Part shown: one piece after another, positions 1-9,284 of the stretch
Position numbering within the stretch: the stretch's first letter is position 1
Layout: every line of letters starts with the position of its first letter
Assembly: GCA_035285325.1 (NCBI GenBank)
Contig: JAYKJB010000120.1
Location: forward strand, 16,429 to 80,428
Reading direction: 5' to 3'
Origin: Candidatus Sericytochromatia bacterium
GTDB taxonomy: Bacteria > Cyanobacteriota > Sericytochromatia > S15B-MN24 > JAQBPE01
Length of the DNA: 64,000 nt
Program-made: the position numbers and the translations under genes
Notes under the pieces: model-generated
The model's database searches: none
What the model saw: the letters and a program-made list of their open reading frames with translations, nothing else
Told to the model about the DNA's origin: nothing

Positions 1-833
1 TGCCAGCCCCCGAGGAAAAGGGTGGCAAACAAGGCCGAGCTCACCACCATCGCGGAATACTCCGCCAAAAAGAACATGCCGAACTTCATCGCAGAGTACT
101 CGGTGTGATAACCGGCGACCAGCTCCGATTCCGACTCGGCGAGATCGAATGGCACGCGGTTGGTTTCGGCAAAGGCACAGACAATGAAAATGATGGCGGC
201 GATGGGCTGCAAGAAGATCCCCCAGGTGTGGGCCCCTTGCCAGCGTGCAATCTCGGGCAAGCTCACCGTGCCATACAGCATCAGGGCGCCGATCACCGAG
301 AGGCCGAGGGGAATCTCGTAGCTCAGCACCGCGGCCGACGCACGCATGGCCCCCAGCAATGAGTACTTGTTGTTACTGGACCAGCCGGCAAAGATGATGC
401 CATATACCGTCAGCGAGGCAATCGCGAAAAACCAGAGGATGCCTGGGTCGATGTCCAGCACCTGCCCCCACACGGTCGGCCATCCGGAGAGCCCCACGCG
501 ATTGAAGTCTACCGTGTCGAAAAAGGGCACGATGCAAATGGTCGAAAAGGCAATGGCGACCACGATGACCGGAGCCGCAATGTAATAGAAGCGGTTCGCG
601 CCAGCCGGAATCACGCTTTCTTTGAAGAACAGCTTGATGGCGTCGGCCACCACGTGAAACAGACCGGCCAGGCGCAACGGACCGACCGCTGCACGTTCAG
701 GACCAGGTCGATCCTGAATGTACGCAGCCCCTTTCCGTTCGAGCCAGATCAGCAAAGGCACGATCTGCAAGACCACGCCGATGACAACGAGATTGAGAAT
801 GATGGCGATGATGGGGTCGAGCCAGTGGGACAT
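1..833 (-). CDS. nuoH: NADH-quinone oxidoreductase subunit H (partial; runs off the left edge)
   Basis: Not in the ORF track. Manual translation from ATG at 833 gives MSHWLDPIIAIILNLVVIGVVLQIVPLLIWLERKGAAYIQDRPGPERA, the NuoH WLERK...QDRPGP motif; follows nuoG. Confidence 0.95.
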   Translation of the reverse strand, partial: MSHWLDPIIAIILNLVVIGVVLQIVPLLIWLERKGAAYIQDRPGPERAAVGPLRLAGLFHVVADAIKLFFKESVIPAGANRFYYIAAPVIVVAIAFSTICIVPFFDTVDFNRVGLSGWPTVWGQVLDIDPGILWFFAIASLTVYGIIFAGWSSNNKYSLLGAMRASAAVLSYEIPLGLSVIGALMLYGTVSLPEIARWQGAHTWGIFLQPIAAIIFIVCAFAETNRVPFDLAESESELVAGYHTEYSAMKFGMFFLAEYSAMVVSSALFATLFLGGW

Positions 834-845
834 GAAAGGGCTCCG

Positions 846-2453
846 TCAGTGAGAAGAAGAGGTGGCCAGGGCGCGCCCACGACCAACACCGAGCGGTGCC
901 GCCTGGACGTCTCCCAGGGAAGGAATCTGGAAGCCCTCGTCGGGAATGCCATACCAGCTGAGCGAGGCCAGTTCGGCGTGGGCAGCGCGTAGGTCCGCCC
1001 ACACCTCCTCGACGTCGGCCCAGCCGAACGTCCGATCCAATTCGCGCCCGATCCGGGAGAGCAGTTCCCACTCGGGAACCGCGTCTCCGGGTGCCTCGAA
1101 CGCTTGGAAAAACCGCTGAAGGCGACCCTGGAAATTGATGAAACTGCCGTACTGCTCGGCGTGAGTCGCCACCGGAAGGACGTGCGTGGCGAGCGCCGAT
1201 GTCGCATTGGTGTGAGCGCCCAGGTAAATGCGGACAGGCACCTTACGCAGGGCTTCGGCCACCTCGGCATCCTGAGCCAGGTCGTTGTTCAGGATGAACA
1301 GCACCTGCAGACGCCCGCCTTGCAAGGCCTGCAGAAGGGCCTGACGGGAGCCGTCGAAGCCGAGGTAGCGCACCCCCGCTCGGTTGGGGGATTGGTCCGC
1401 CTCGCGCAAAAAGTCGTCTTGTGGCCCAGCCGCGGTCGAGTCCCAGGCCAGACGGGTGACCCCCGGCATGAATCGCGCCGCCAGCGCCAACAACGCCTGG
1501 TTCGCCTCCAGCGAACTGAACGGCGAACCGACGACCGCGTAAGCGTCCGCAGGGCGGTCGCCCAGCATCAAGCCCGACACCTCTCGCAGAGCATCCATGA
1601 AGGGCGCCTGCTGACCGCGAATCGAAACGTGCGACAGTCGGTTTTCGTGGATGGCTTTGTAACTCAGGCGACCCGCGTCACACATCCAGTGGCCGTTCAC
1701 GTGAGCATTGGCGCGTGGGCGGTAACGATAGGCCACCTCATCCTTGTAATCAAGCAAGACGTTGCAGCCGCGGCTGCAACCCGTGCAAACGCTCTTGACC
1801 GTCTTCATGAACCAGACCCGCATCTTGAAACGGAAATCCTTGCTGGTCAGGGCGCCCACCGGACACACGTCCACGACGTTGCCCGAGTAAGGATTGTCGA
1901 GTTGTTTGCCCGGGAAGGTCTCGATGACGGAGGTGTCACCGCGTCCACTCACAATCAGCTCGTGCGAGTCAGAAATTTCCTCACAGAAACGTACACAGCG
2001 GGTGCAAAGGATGCAGCGCTCCTGGTCCAGAACCACCATCGGTCCAATATCAAGGGCCTTTTCCTTCTGGACCTTGTTGACGTCGGAGCGGTTGTCGTAC
2101 TTCCCGTACTCCATGTAGTAGTCCTGCAGACGACACTCGCCGGCCTGGTCGCAGATCGGACAATCGATGGGGTGATTGAGCAACAAGAACTCTTGCACCC
2201 CCTTGCGCATTTTCTCGACCGCCGGCGTGTCCGTGCGCACCACCAGACCGTCTTTCACCTGCTGTGCGCAGGCGATCTGCGGACCACGCGCTCCCTCGAC
2301 CTCGCAAAGGCACATGCGGCAGTTGCCTGCCACGCTCAAACCAGGGTGGTAGCAATAGTGGGGAATCTCGACGCCGTGAAGCTTGGCCGCCTCGATGAGG
2401 TTCATCCCATCCGGCGCGTCGACCTGCTTGCCATTGAGCGAGAAGGTAGCCAT
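846..2453 (-). CDS. nuoG: NADH-quinone oxidoreductase subunit G (short, 535 aa)
   Basis: Fe-S motifs CYHPGLSVAGNCRMC, HPIDCPICDQAGEC, CILCTRC...CPVG and CTGCSRGC...C; position in the nuo operon. Confidence 0.95.
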   Translation of the reverse strand: MATFSLNGKQVDAPDGMNLIEAAKLHGVEIPHYCYHPGLSVAGNCRMCLCEVEGARGPQIACAQQVKDGLVVRTDTPAVEKMRKGVQEFLLLNHPIDCPICDQAGECRLQDYYMEYGKYDNRSDVNKVQKEKALDIGPMVVLDQERCILCTRCVRFCEEISDSHELIVSGRGDTSVIETFPGKQLDNPYSGNVVDVCPVGALTSKDFRFKMRVWFMKTVKSVCTGCSRGCNVLLDYKDEVAYRYRPRANAHVNGHWMCDAGRLSYKAIHENRLSHVSIRGQQAPFMDALREVSGLMLGDRPADAYAVVGSPFSSLEANQALLALAARFMPGVTRLAWDSTAAGPQDDFLREADQSPNRAGVRYLGFDGSRQALLQALQGGRLQVLFILNNDLAQDAEVAEALRKVPVRIYLGAHTNATSALATHVLPVATHAEQYGSFINFQGRLQRFFQAFEAPGDAVPEWELLSRIGRELDRTFGWADVEEVWADLRAAHAELASLSWYGIPDEGFQIPSLGDVQAAPLGVGRGRALATSSSH

Positions 2454-2468
2454 GACCAGTCCTCAGTT

Positions 2469-3821
2469 CTAATGCGCCGCGCCAACCGGCGCGGGCGAGA
2501 GTAGGTAGCGACCACGGCGATCGACGGGCCGCCCACCTTTGACAAAATACGAGACGAATTCTTCACGGAACTTCTGGATGTAACTGCGCGTGGGCATGGT
2601 GGCTGCGGCCGCCAGCGCACAGATGGTACGTCCCTCCATGTTGTCCGCGATATCGAGAATCTCCTGGAGGTCAGCTTCCGTGCCCTTGCCCTGCAGCATG
2701 CGCCCGAGAATCTTGTACAGCCAATCCGTGCCTTCGCGGCAGGGAGTACACTGCCCGCACGATTCGTGCGAATAAAAGCGCAGCAGGTTGTGCAAGGCCC
2801 AAACCAAACTGGTTTCGCGATCAATCACGATCAATCCGCCAGAGCCGAACATCGTGCCGTGCTTGGCCATCGATTCATAGGTCATTTCCACGGTGTGAAC
2901 TTCCTCAGCCGTCAAAATCGGGCAGGAAGACCCTCCCGGGATCGCCGCCTTGAGTTCGCCCTTGACCCCACCGCAGTACTCGTTGATGTAGTCGATGAGC
3001 TTGATCCCTAGCGGAATCTCATGAACGCCAGGCTTGTTGACCGCCCCCGAGGCGCACATCAAGCGCGTGCCGCGCGAGTCGATCTGCGGGCGCCCGTCAG
3101 GCCCCACAACGTACTTACCGACATGAGAGTAGGCATCTCCACCGTGGCGCACAATCCAGGGCACGTTGGCGATCGTTTCCACGTTGTTGACCACGGTGGG
3201 ACACTGAAACAAACCGTGGGTGGCCGGAAATGGCGGTTTGAGCCGCGGGTATCCGCGTTCGCCTTCCAGGGAAGACAGCAAGGCGGTCTCCTCGCCACAG
3301 ATGTAGGCGCCGGCCCCCGTGTGGACCGTGATGTCCAGGTGAAAGTCAGTTCCGAAGCAAGACTTCCCGAGGAAGCCCTTGTTATACGCTTCCTGCACGG
3401 CCTGCCGAAGGACGGCCTGCTGGTGCCAGAACTCCCCGCGCACGTAGATGTAGCAAGCGTGGGATCGAATGGCATAACAAGCGAGGATGCAGCCCTCGAT
3501 CAGCATGTGGGGATCGTTCTCGAGGATCCGCCGGTCCTTGTAGGTTCCAGGCTCGGATTCATCCGCGTTGATGACCAAATAGCGGGGACGGCCGTCGTCC
3601 TTCGGAAGGAAGCCCCACTTCATGCCCGCAGGGAAGCCGGCGCCGCCACGACCACGCAGGCCACTCTTCTTGACCTCGTTCACGACGTCTTCTGGCGACT
3701 TACCGCCACGAAGGACTTCCGCCGCCACCTCGTACTGTCCCCGCGACATCGCCACGTTGATGTGGTGGCTGTCGGGAACGCCCCAGTTGCCGGAAAGGAT
3801 TTTGGGAAAAGACATCTGCAA
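2469..3821 (-). CDS. nuoF: NADH-quinone oxidoreductase subunit F
   Basis: GLRGRGGAGFPAGMKW, NADESEPGT, GAGAYICGEETALLSSLEG, ESCGQCTPCREG. Confidence 0.98.
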   Translation of the reverse strand: MQMSFPKILSGNWGVPDSHHINVAMSRGQYEVAAEVLRGGKSPEDVVNEVKKSGLRGRGGAGFPAGMKWGFLPKDDGRPRYLVINADESEPGTYKDRRILENDPHMLIEGCILACYAIRSHACYIYVRGEFWHQQAVLRQAVQEAYNKGFLGKSCFGTDFHLDITVHTGAGAYICGEETALLSSLEGERGYPRLKPPFPATHGLFQCPTVVNNVETIANVPWIVRHGGDAYSHVGKYVVGPDGRPQIDSRGTRLMCASGAVNKPGVHEIPLGIKLIDYINEYCGGVKGELKAAIPGGSSCPILTAEEVHTVEMTYESMAKHGTMFGSGGLIVIDRETSLVWALHNLLRFYSHESCGQCTPCREGTDWLYKILGRMLQGKGTEADLQEILDIADNMEGRTICALAAAATMPTRSYIQKFREEFVSYFVKGGRPVDRRGRYLLSPAPVGAAH

Positions 3822-3824
3822 CTC

Positions 3825-4301
3825 CTAGGCCAGGCTCGCCAGAATCTCATCCACCTTGGCGGGCGTGAGGTTCTCGTGATAACGCTTGCCATTGATCTGC
3901 ATCAGGGGCCCCGTCCCGCAGGACGCGAGACATTCCTGGGTCATCAAGGTGAATCGACCATCTGCCGTGGTTTCACCCACATGAATTCCCAGACGTTGCT
4001 CAAGGTGGTCCAGAATTTCAAACGCCCCGCACATAGCGCAGGAGAGAGTCCGGCAGACTTCAATCTTGTATTTACCGACCGGCTTCAGATTGAACATCGT
4101 GTAGAACGACGCGACGCTGAGTGCCTTGGACGGAGGGAGATCCAGCATTTCCGCGCAGTAAGCTAGTGCCTCGGGCGGCAACCAACCCAACTCTTCCTGG
4201 GCGAGCCAGAGCGTCGGGATCAAGGCCGCTTTTTTCTGCGGATAGCGAGTGACCAGATGGTCGAACTTCGCCTTGGTCTCGGGGGAAAACGAATAGGCCA
4301 T
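3825..4301 (-). CDS. nuoE: NADH-quinone oxidoreductase subunit E
   Basis: VASFYTMF, CRTLSC...ECLASCGTGP 2Fe-2S motif. Start moved to MAYSFS (ATG 4301) to remove the overlap with nuoD. Confidence 0.95.
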   Translation of the reverse strand: MAYSFSPETKAKFDHLVTRYPQKKAALIPTLWLAQEELGWLPPEALAYCAEMLDLPPSKALSVASFYTMFNLKPVGKYKIEVCRTLSCAMCGAFEILDHLEQRLGIHVGETTADGRFTLMTQECLASCGTGPLMQINGKRYHENLTPAKVDEILASLA

Positions 4302-4327
4302 AACGACAAGCGCTCCTGAGAACCCGG

Positions 4328-5569
4328 CTACCGCTCCAGCTCGCCGGCGATGATATTGATGGACCCCAAGGTCGCCACGGCATCCGCGATCATGTGCCCC
4401 TCGATCATCTCGTGGAAGGCATTGAATGCGTAGAAGCACGGCGGCCGACACTTGATGCGGTAGGGGTAACCGCTGCCGTCCGACACGATGTAGAAGCCAA
4501 GCTCACCGTTACCAGCTTCAGTGGCATCGTAGATCTCACCGGGCGGAACCTTGACCCCCTCGAACACCAGCTTGAAATGGTTGATCAGGCCTTCGATGTT
4601 CTGGTAGGTATCGGCCTTGGGAGGCAGGGTCACCCGCTTGTCATCCACGTTGACCGGTCCACCAGGCAGTTGCTTGACGGCTTGCCGGATGATTCGCAAG
4701 GACTGCTCGATCTCGACAAACCGAATCATGATGCGGTCGTAAGTATCGCCGGTCGACCCTAACGCCACCTCCCAATCGAAGGTGTCGTAGTAGTAGTAGG
4801 GATGCGCCTTTCGAATATCGAACGGAACCCCCGCGGCCCGCAGATTCGGACCAGTAAAGCCATAAGAGATGGCCCGTTCGGGGGTCAAAATGCAGATACC
4901 CTGGGTGCGGTCCACAAAGATGCGATTTTTGGCGACCAGGCCCTGCACCTCGGCAGCCGCCTGTTCCAGACCCTTGCAGACCTCAAGAACGTCGGCCTCG
5001 AAACCGTCGTAAGCATCACGATACAACCCCCCGATCCGGGTGAAGCTGTTCGTCAAGCGCGCGCCCGTCAACTTCTCGAGGATGGTGTAGACCTCTTCGC
5101 GCTTGTTGAAGAGATACCAGAAGTTGGTCAACGCGCCGATATCGACGAGGTTGGTGCCGATGCAGATACAGTGGTCCACAATCCGCATCAGTTCTCCCAC
5201 AATCACGCGCAGGAACTTGCAGCGGTCCGTGATTTCAATCTCGAGCATCCGTTCCACCGCCTTGGCGAAACCGATGTTATTGAGAATGGCCGAGCAGTAA
5301 TTGAGCCGATCGGTGTAGGGAATGCACTGGTTGTAGGTGCGCTGCTCGCAAGTCTTTTCAAATCCGCGATGCAAGTAGCCAATCTCGGTCACCGCCGCCG
5401 CGATGGTTTCCCCATCGAGTGCCACAAAGGCCCGCAAGGTGCCGTGGCTGGCCGGGTGAGATGGCCCAAGATTGAGGAACATCAGCTCCGTGTGCAGGTC
5501 CTTGTAAAACTGTGGCTGCTCGCCAGGGGCAAGGACCTGTGGCTTTTGGTCGAGTGACGGTATCTGCAT
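4328..5569 (-). CDS. nuoD: NADH-quinone oxidoreductase subunit D
   Basis: NLGPSHPASHGTLR, GYLHRGFEK, YTDRLNY, C-terminal GELER. ATG 5569 follows a GAGGAGG RBS. Confidence 0.97.
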   Translation of the reverse strand: MQIPSLDQKPQVLAPGEQPQFYKDLHTELMFLNLGPSHPASHGTLRAFVALDGETIAAAVTEIGYLHRGFEKTCEQRTYNQCIPYTDRLNYCSAILNNIGFAKAVERMLEIEITDRCKFLRVIVGELMRIVDHCICIGTNLVDIGALTNFWYLFNKREEVYTILEKLTGARLTNSFTRIGGLYRDAYDGFEADVLEVCKGLEQAAAEVQGLVAKNRIFVDRTQGICILTPERAISYGFTGPNLRAAGVPFDIRKAHPYYYYDTFDWEVALGSTGDTYDRIMIRFVEIEQSLRIIRQAVKQLPGGPVNVDDKRVTLPPKADTYQNIEGLINHFKLVFEGVKVPPGEIYDATEAGNGELGFYIVSDGSGYPYRIKCRPPCFYAFNAFHEMIEGHMIADAVATLGSINIIAGELER

Positions 5570-5588
5570 GGGGTTCACCTCCTCGTCC

Positions 5589-6137
5589 CTACTTCAACCC
5601 CTTGAAGCGAAGACGCTGTTCCATTTCGTCCACCAAGGTGTCCGATTCGGAGAGGGCTTGGCGCTTCTTGGTGGGGTAATCCTTGCGCAGAGGATGCCCG
5701 ACGAAGTCCTTATGCGTCAGCAAACGCTTCAAATTGGGATGTCCGTCGAACACGATGCCATACATCTCCCAGGTTTCGCGCTCACCCCAATCCGCGCTGG
5801 CCCAGAGGTCACTCACGGTCGGAACCGACTCCCCAGGGTTGAGCGCCACACGGATGCGCAGCCGGTGCCCCCAACGCAGGGAGTAGAGCTGGTAGGCCAC
5901 CTCATAACGCTTGGGGCGAGGCGTCGGATGCGTCAGGTAGTCGACCCCGGAGACGTCCATCAGGAAATTGAATTCAAGTCCGGGCTCATCTCGCAGAAAA
6001 CCCAAGACCTCGCGCAGGGACGCCGGCTCGGTGCGGAAAGCGAGGTCTCCCCCCAGCACGTCCCCGCACGGGATTACCCCAGGATAGCGAGCGGCGAGCG
6101 CCTCAGCAGGATTGGCTTTGGTTCCGGAAATGGTCAT
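5589..6137 (-). CDS. nuoC: NADH-quinone oxidoreductase subunit C
   Basis: [24 protein letters not shown]...GHPLRKDYP. Confidence 0.97.
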   Translation of the reverse strand: MTISGTKANPAEALAARYPGVIPCGDVLGGDLAFRTEPASLREVLGFLRDEPGLEFNFLMDVSGVDYLTHPTPRPKRYEVAYQLYSLRWGHRLRIRVALNPGESVPTVSDLWASADWGERETWEMYGIVFDGHPNLKRLLTHKDFVGHPLRKDYPTKKRQALSESDTLVDEMEQRLRFKGLK

Positions 6138-6161
6138 GTGGTGTGCCTTGTTGACTGAAGG

Positions 6162-6704
6162 TCAGCGAGAGGGGGCTTCGAGACGCCGTTGGGGCAGGGC
6201 GTCTCCGCCGCCGGTATAGCCCTTGTCCTTGACCGAAGCCGCCTCCATCTTGCCCTGGAGCTTCATAATGGCGTCCAGCACGGCTTCGGGACGCGGAGGG
6301 CAGCCCCCGATGTACACGTCAACCGGTACGATCTCATCCACCCCCTGCACCACGGCGTAGTTGTCGTAGAATCCGCCGCTGCTGGCACAAACCCCCATCG
6401 AAATGACCCACTTGGGTGAGGCCATCTGTTCATAAATGCGCCTGAGGATGGGGGCCTGCTTGTAGTTGATGGTGCCGGCGATGATCATCAGATCGGCCTG
6501 TCGAGGAGAGAAACGCACCAACTCGGCCCCGAAGCGGCTGATGTCGTAGGCCGATGACACGGTCCCCATGAATTCAATGGCGCAGCAAGCCGTGCCAAAG
6601 GGCATGGGCCACAAAGAGTGTTCCCGGCCCCAATTCAACACCGCATCGATGGTGGTCGTAATGACGCCGTCGGGCAGTCTTGATTCCAGCGAATCTAGTC
6701 CCAT
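6162..6704 (-). CDS. nuoB: NADH-quinone oxidoreductase subunit B
   Basis: [36 protein letters not shown]. Confidence 0.98.
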   Translation of the reverse strand: MGLDSLESRLPDGVITTTIDAVLNWGREHSLWPMPFGTACCAIEFMGTVSSAYDISRFGAELVRFSPRQADLMIIAGTINYKQAPILRRIYEQMASPKWVISMGVCASSGGFYDNYAVVQGVDEIVPVDVYIGGCPPRPEAVLDAIMKLQGKMEAASVKDKGYTGGGDALPQRRLEAPSR

Positions 6705-7054
6705 TTGAGCGCCCCTTTCTTCAGCACGTAAATGAACCCGGCGAACAACACGCCGATAAAGATGAACATTTCGACCAGGCCAAACAGACCGAGGTCACGG
6801 AAATTGACCGCCCACGGGAAGAGAAAGACCGCTTCCACGTCGAAGACAATGAAAAGGATGGCGACCAGATAGAACTTGATCGAAAACCGCTCACGCGCGG
6901 AGCCAACCGGGGCCGTGATGCCCGACTCGTAAGGCTCGAACTTGTGGGCCCCGACCTTGCGAGGTCCCAAGACCGTGTTCAGGGCCAGGATGATGAGGGG
7001 AAGGCCGATGGCGATCGCCAAGGCGACGATCAAGCTGAAAACGGTATGACTCAT
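6695..7054 (-). CDS. nuoA: NADH-quinone oxidoreductase subunit A
   Basis: [36 protein letters not shown]. Start trimmed to MSHTVF. Confidence 0.97.
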   Translation of the reverse strand: MSHTVFSLIVALAIAIGLPLIILALNTVLGPRKVGAHKFEPYESGITAPVGSARERFSIKFYLVAILFIVFDVEAVFLFPWAVNFRDLGLFGLVEMFIFIGVLFAGFIYVLKKGALKWD

Positions 7055-7432
7055 GGCGGCGTCAGATTCTCGTGAGGTGGTCGAGGCGTGGGCAAAGGGC
7101 GGCGATGCCGGGTGCGATGAGAAAAATGACCGGTCGTATCTTCGCACGCTTTGGGCGAGACGTCCACGCAGTCGCTGGGAGCAGGGGCGCGCCGGACCCG
7201 TCGGCATCCCGAACGATGGCCAGGCGTTAATTTAGCGCGCGATCTGGTTATATAGGGAATGAAGCGCCCGGGAGGTGATCAATTTAACATCCTCGGCGCT
7301 GACGCAACTCTATGCTGGGCGTGATCGGGCCGAAATCCTCCTCGGGGGGCATTCCGATGAAAACCTGCGGCTCGCTGCCGCGGAACTGGCACCATCGCAG
7401 AACACATCAATCATTGAAGAGGTTGGCGCCCC

Positions 7433-8347
7433 ATGTTGGCAGACGCGAACGACTCCCCCGTCGAAGCGAATTCCGTGTCCACTGAACTCGACGACATCTC
7501 TTCCGAGATGTCGCTGCTGTTGCAGTTGCTCGAGCAAGCCGGCTCCACCATTGAGAGCACGGCATTGTCCGGCTGCGAGCTGGTAAGTGAAACCGTCGCG
7601 GACCAGGCCCCCAGAGATCGGTACAAGCTGATCGGGCCAGCCGTCACCAAGGTTGCGGCGGCCGGTATCGCGACTCTGCCTGCCGTCCTCGCGCCAATTC
7701 CCGCCTTTGCGGGCACCCCTCACGCCCCGAATCTGATGCTGGCGATGGCCGCCCGGCCGGTATCGACGCCTAACCACAACGTGCCGCCTGCGCTGGCGGC
7801 GACGGGGCCCCAGCTGTTTCCCTTCTCCCGCCCGATGCAAACCGTGCGAAGCCAGGCAGTGATGCCGATGGCCGAACCCACGGTGTCACGGGCTGCGGAC
7901 AAGTCTGCGTTCGTGCTGAACCCTCGGCTGCGCTCGATTTTCTCCGAGCAACGCAAGGTGGCCGTGACGAGCAAACTGCAAGCTGAGCGCACCTTCTACC
8001 GCGTCCAGCAAGGCGATTCGCTCTATTCGATCTCGCGGGAATTGCTGGGCAGTGGCGCGCGCTGGCGCGAGATCTACGCAGCAAATGAGGATCTGGTGGG
8101 CACCGGCTACCTGTTGCGGCCGGGCCAGCGTCTGGTGATCAAGACCTCTCCCGTCAAGGAGGCGCCCTCGCTGGCGTCCAAGGGCTACATGGTCAGCATC
8201 GGCGACAACCTGTACTCGATTGCGGCCAAGAAGCTGGGTGATGCGAATCGCTGGCGTGAGATCGTGGCGCTGAACAAGGCCGCGCTGAAGGGCCGGACCA
8301 CGATCTACCCCAACCAGTGGTTGATGCTGCCGGTACAGCCGGCCTGA
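7433..8347 (+). CDS. LysM peptidoglycan-binding protein with two C-terminal LysM domains
   Basis: YRVQQGDSLYSISRELLGSGARWREIYAAN...L.PGQRL and YMVSIGDNLYSIAAKKLGDANRWREI...IYPNQWL. Start uncertain. Confidence 0.85.
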   Translation: MLADANDSPVEANSVSTELDDISSEMSLLLQLLEQAGSTIESTALSGCELVSETVADQAPRDRYKLIGPAVTKVAAAGIATLPAVLAPIPAFAGTPHAPNLMLAMAARPVSTPNHNVPPALAATGPQLFPFSRPMQTVRSQAVMPMAEPTVSRAADKSAFVLNPRLRSIFSEQRKVAVTSKLQAERTFYRVQQGDSLYSISRELLGSGARWREIYAANEDLVGTGYLLRPGQRLVIKTSPVKEAPSLASKGYMVSIGDNLYSIAAKKLGDANRWREIVALNKAALKGRTTIYPNQWLMLPVQPA

Positions 8348-8382
8348 CCCGTTGGCCGCCTGACCGCTGAGACGGAACCTCG

Positions 8383-9135
8383 ATGAGCGAACAAGACCTC
8401 GTCTTTCACCCGGGAGAGCGCCTCGCCCTGAACCTCGAGGGGCAAGAGGCGGTGGGGGAAGTGGTCGAGATGCGTGGTCACAACCTGGTGATGCGCGTAC
8501 CCGTCCGCTACGCCGCCCAGCACTACAGTGGCCTGATCGGGCGAGCGGCACTCCCGGACGGGCGGGAATTGCGGTTCGATCTGGGCGCGGTGGGCCATTT
8601 CGTCATGCTCGAGGTGGAAATCCCGCTGGTCGCTCACACGGAGCCCATTGAGGCAGCGCCGCCGGTGGAAAGACGCAAGTTCTATCGACTGGCCTGCGAG
8701 TTGGATCTGGAAGTGCTCGAGTCGATCGGCATCACAGGGGGCGCGGTCCGCAAAGGGTTTGGCGCGGAAATCGTGAAAACACGCGGCCGTACCGTCAACC
8801 TGAGTGGCGGTGGACTGATGGCTGCATTGGACCAACCTTTGATGCCGGGACTCTATACCGTCCGCATCCATATGCCGCAGGAATCGGTGACCGTGTCTGC
8901 CAAGGTCCTGCGCAAACCCCTGGCCTCGCCAGTGTTTTCAGCGATGGAATTCGTGAACATCCACGAACTGGACCGTTCCAAGATCATCCGCATGATCTTC
9001 AATCGAATGCGGCACGTGCGAGACAAATCGAACAAAGAGCCAGAGCGCATCAAGACCAAGCGCACGGAAGGGCCCTCGCGTCACGCGCAACGTCGCGAGA
9101 AATATTACTCCCCGCCCAAAATCCGCTACTGGTAG
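8383..9135 (+). CDS. PilZ-domain (c-di-GMP-binding) protein
   Basis: ERRKFYR (RxxxR) and NLSGGG ([D/N]xSxxG) PilZ motifs, preceded by a YcgR-like beta domain. Confidence 0.85.
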   Translation: MSEQDLVFHPGERLALNLEGQEAVGEVVEMRGHNLVMRVPVRYAAQHYSGLIGRAALPDGRELRFDLGAVGHFVMLEVEIPLVAHTEPIEAAPPVERRKFYRLACELDLEVLESIGITGGAVRKGFGAEIVKTRGRTVNLSGGGLMAALDQPLMPGLYTVRIHMPQESVTVSAKVLRKPLASPVFSAMEFVNIHELDRSKIIRMIFNRMRHVRDKSNKEPERIKTKRTEGPSRHAQRREKYYSPPKIRYW

Positions 9136-9284
9136 CCGGTCGCACTTCCTCATTGACGCCAATGAGGCCCTGCTCCCAGCAATTGAGCGCACCTGGCAAC
9201 CGTCAAGTCTCTCCTGCTTGTGGGTATTTAGAAGCGGACAGCGTTCACCTGTCCCTCTCTCCCGGCCGGTTTCAGGAGGCGGAT

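Noticed and set aside
7310-7430. Possible c-di-AMP or c-di-GMP riboswitch upstream of the LysM gene
   Set aside because: Only a GCCGAAATCC fragment resembles the ydaO motif; the GGGGTGAATC/GGTAGGG elements and the GEMM GGCAAAC/GAAA core are absent. An Infernal scan would settle it.
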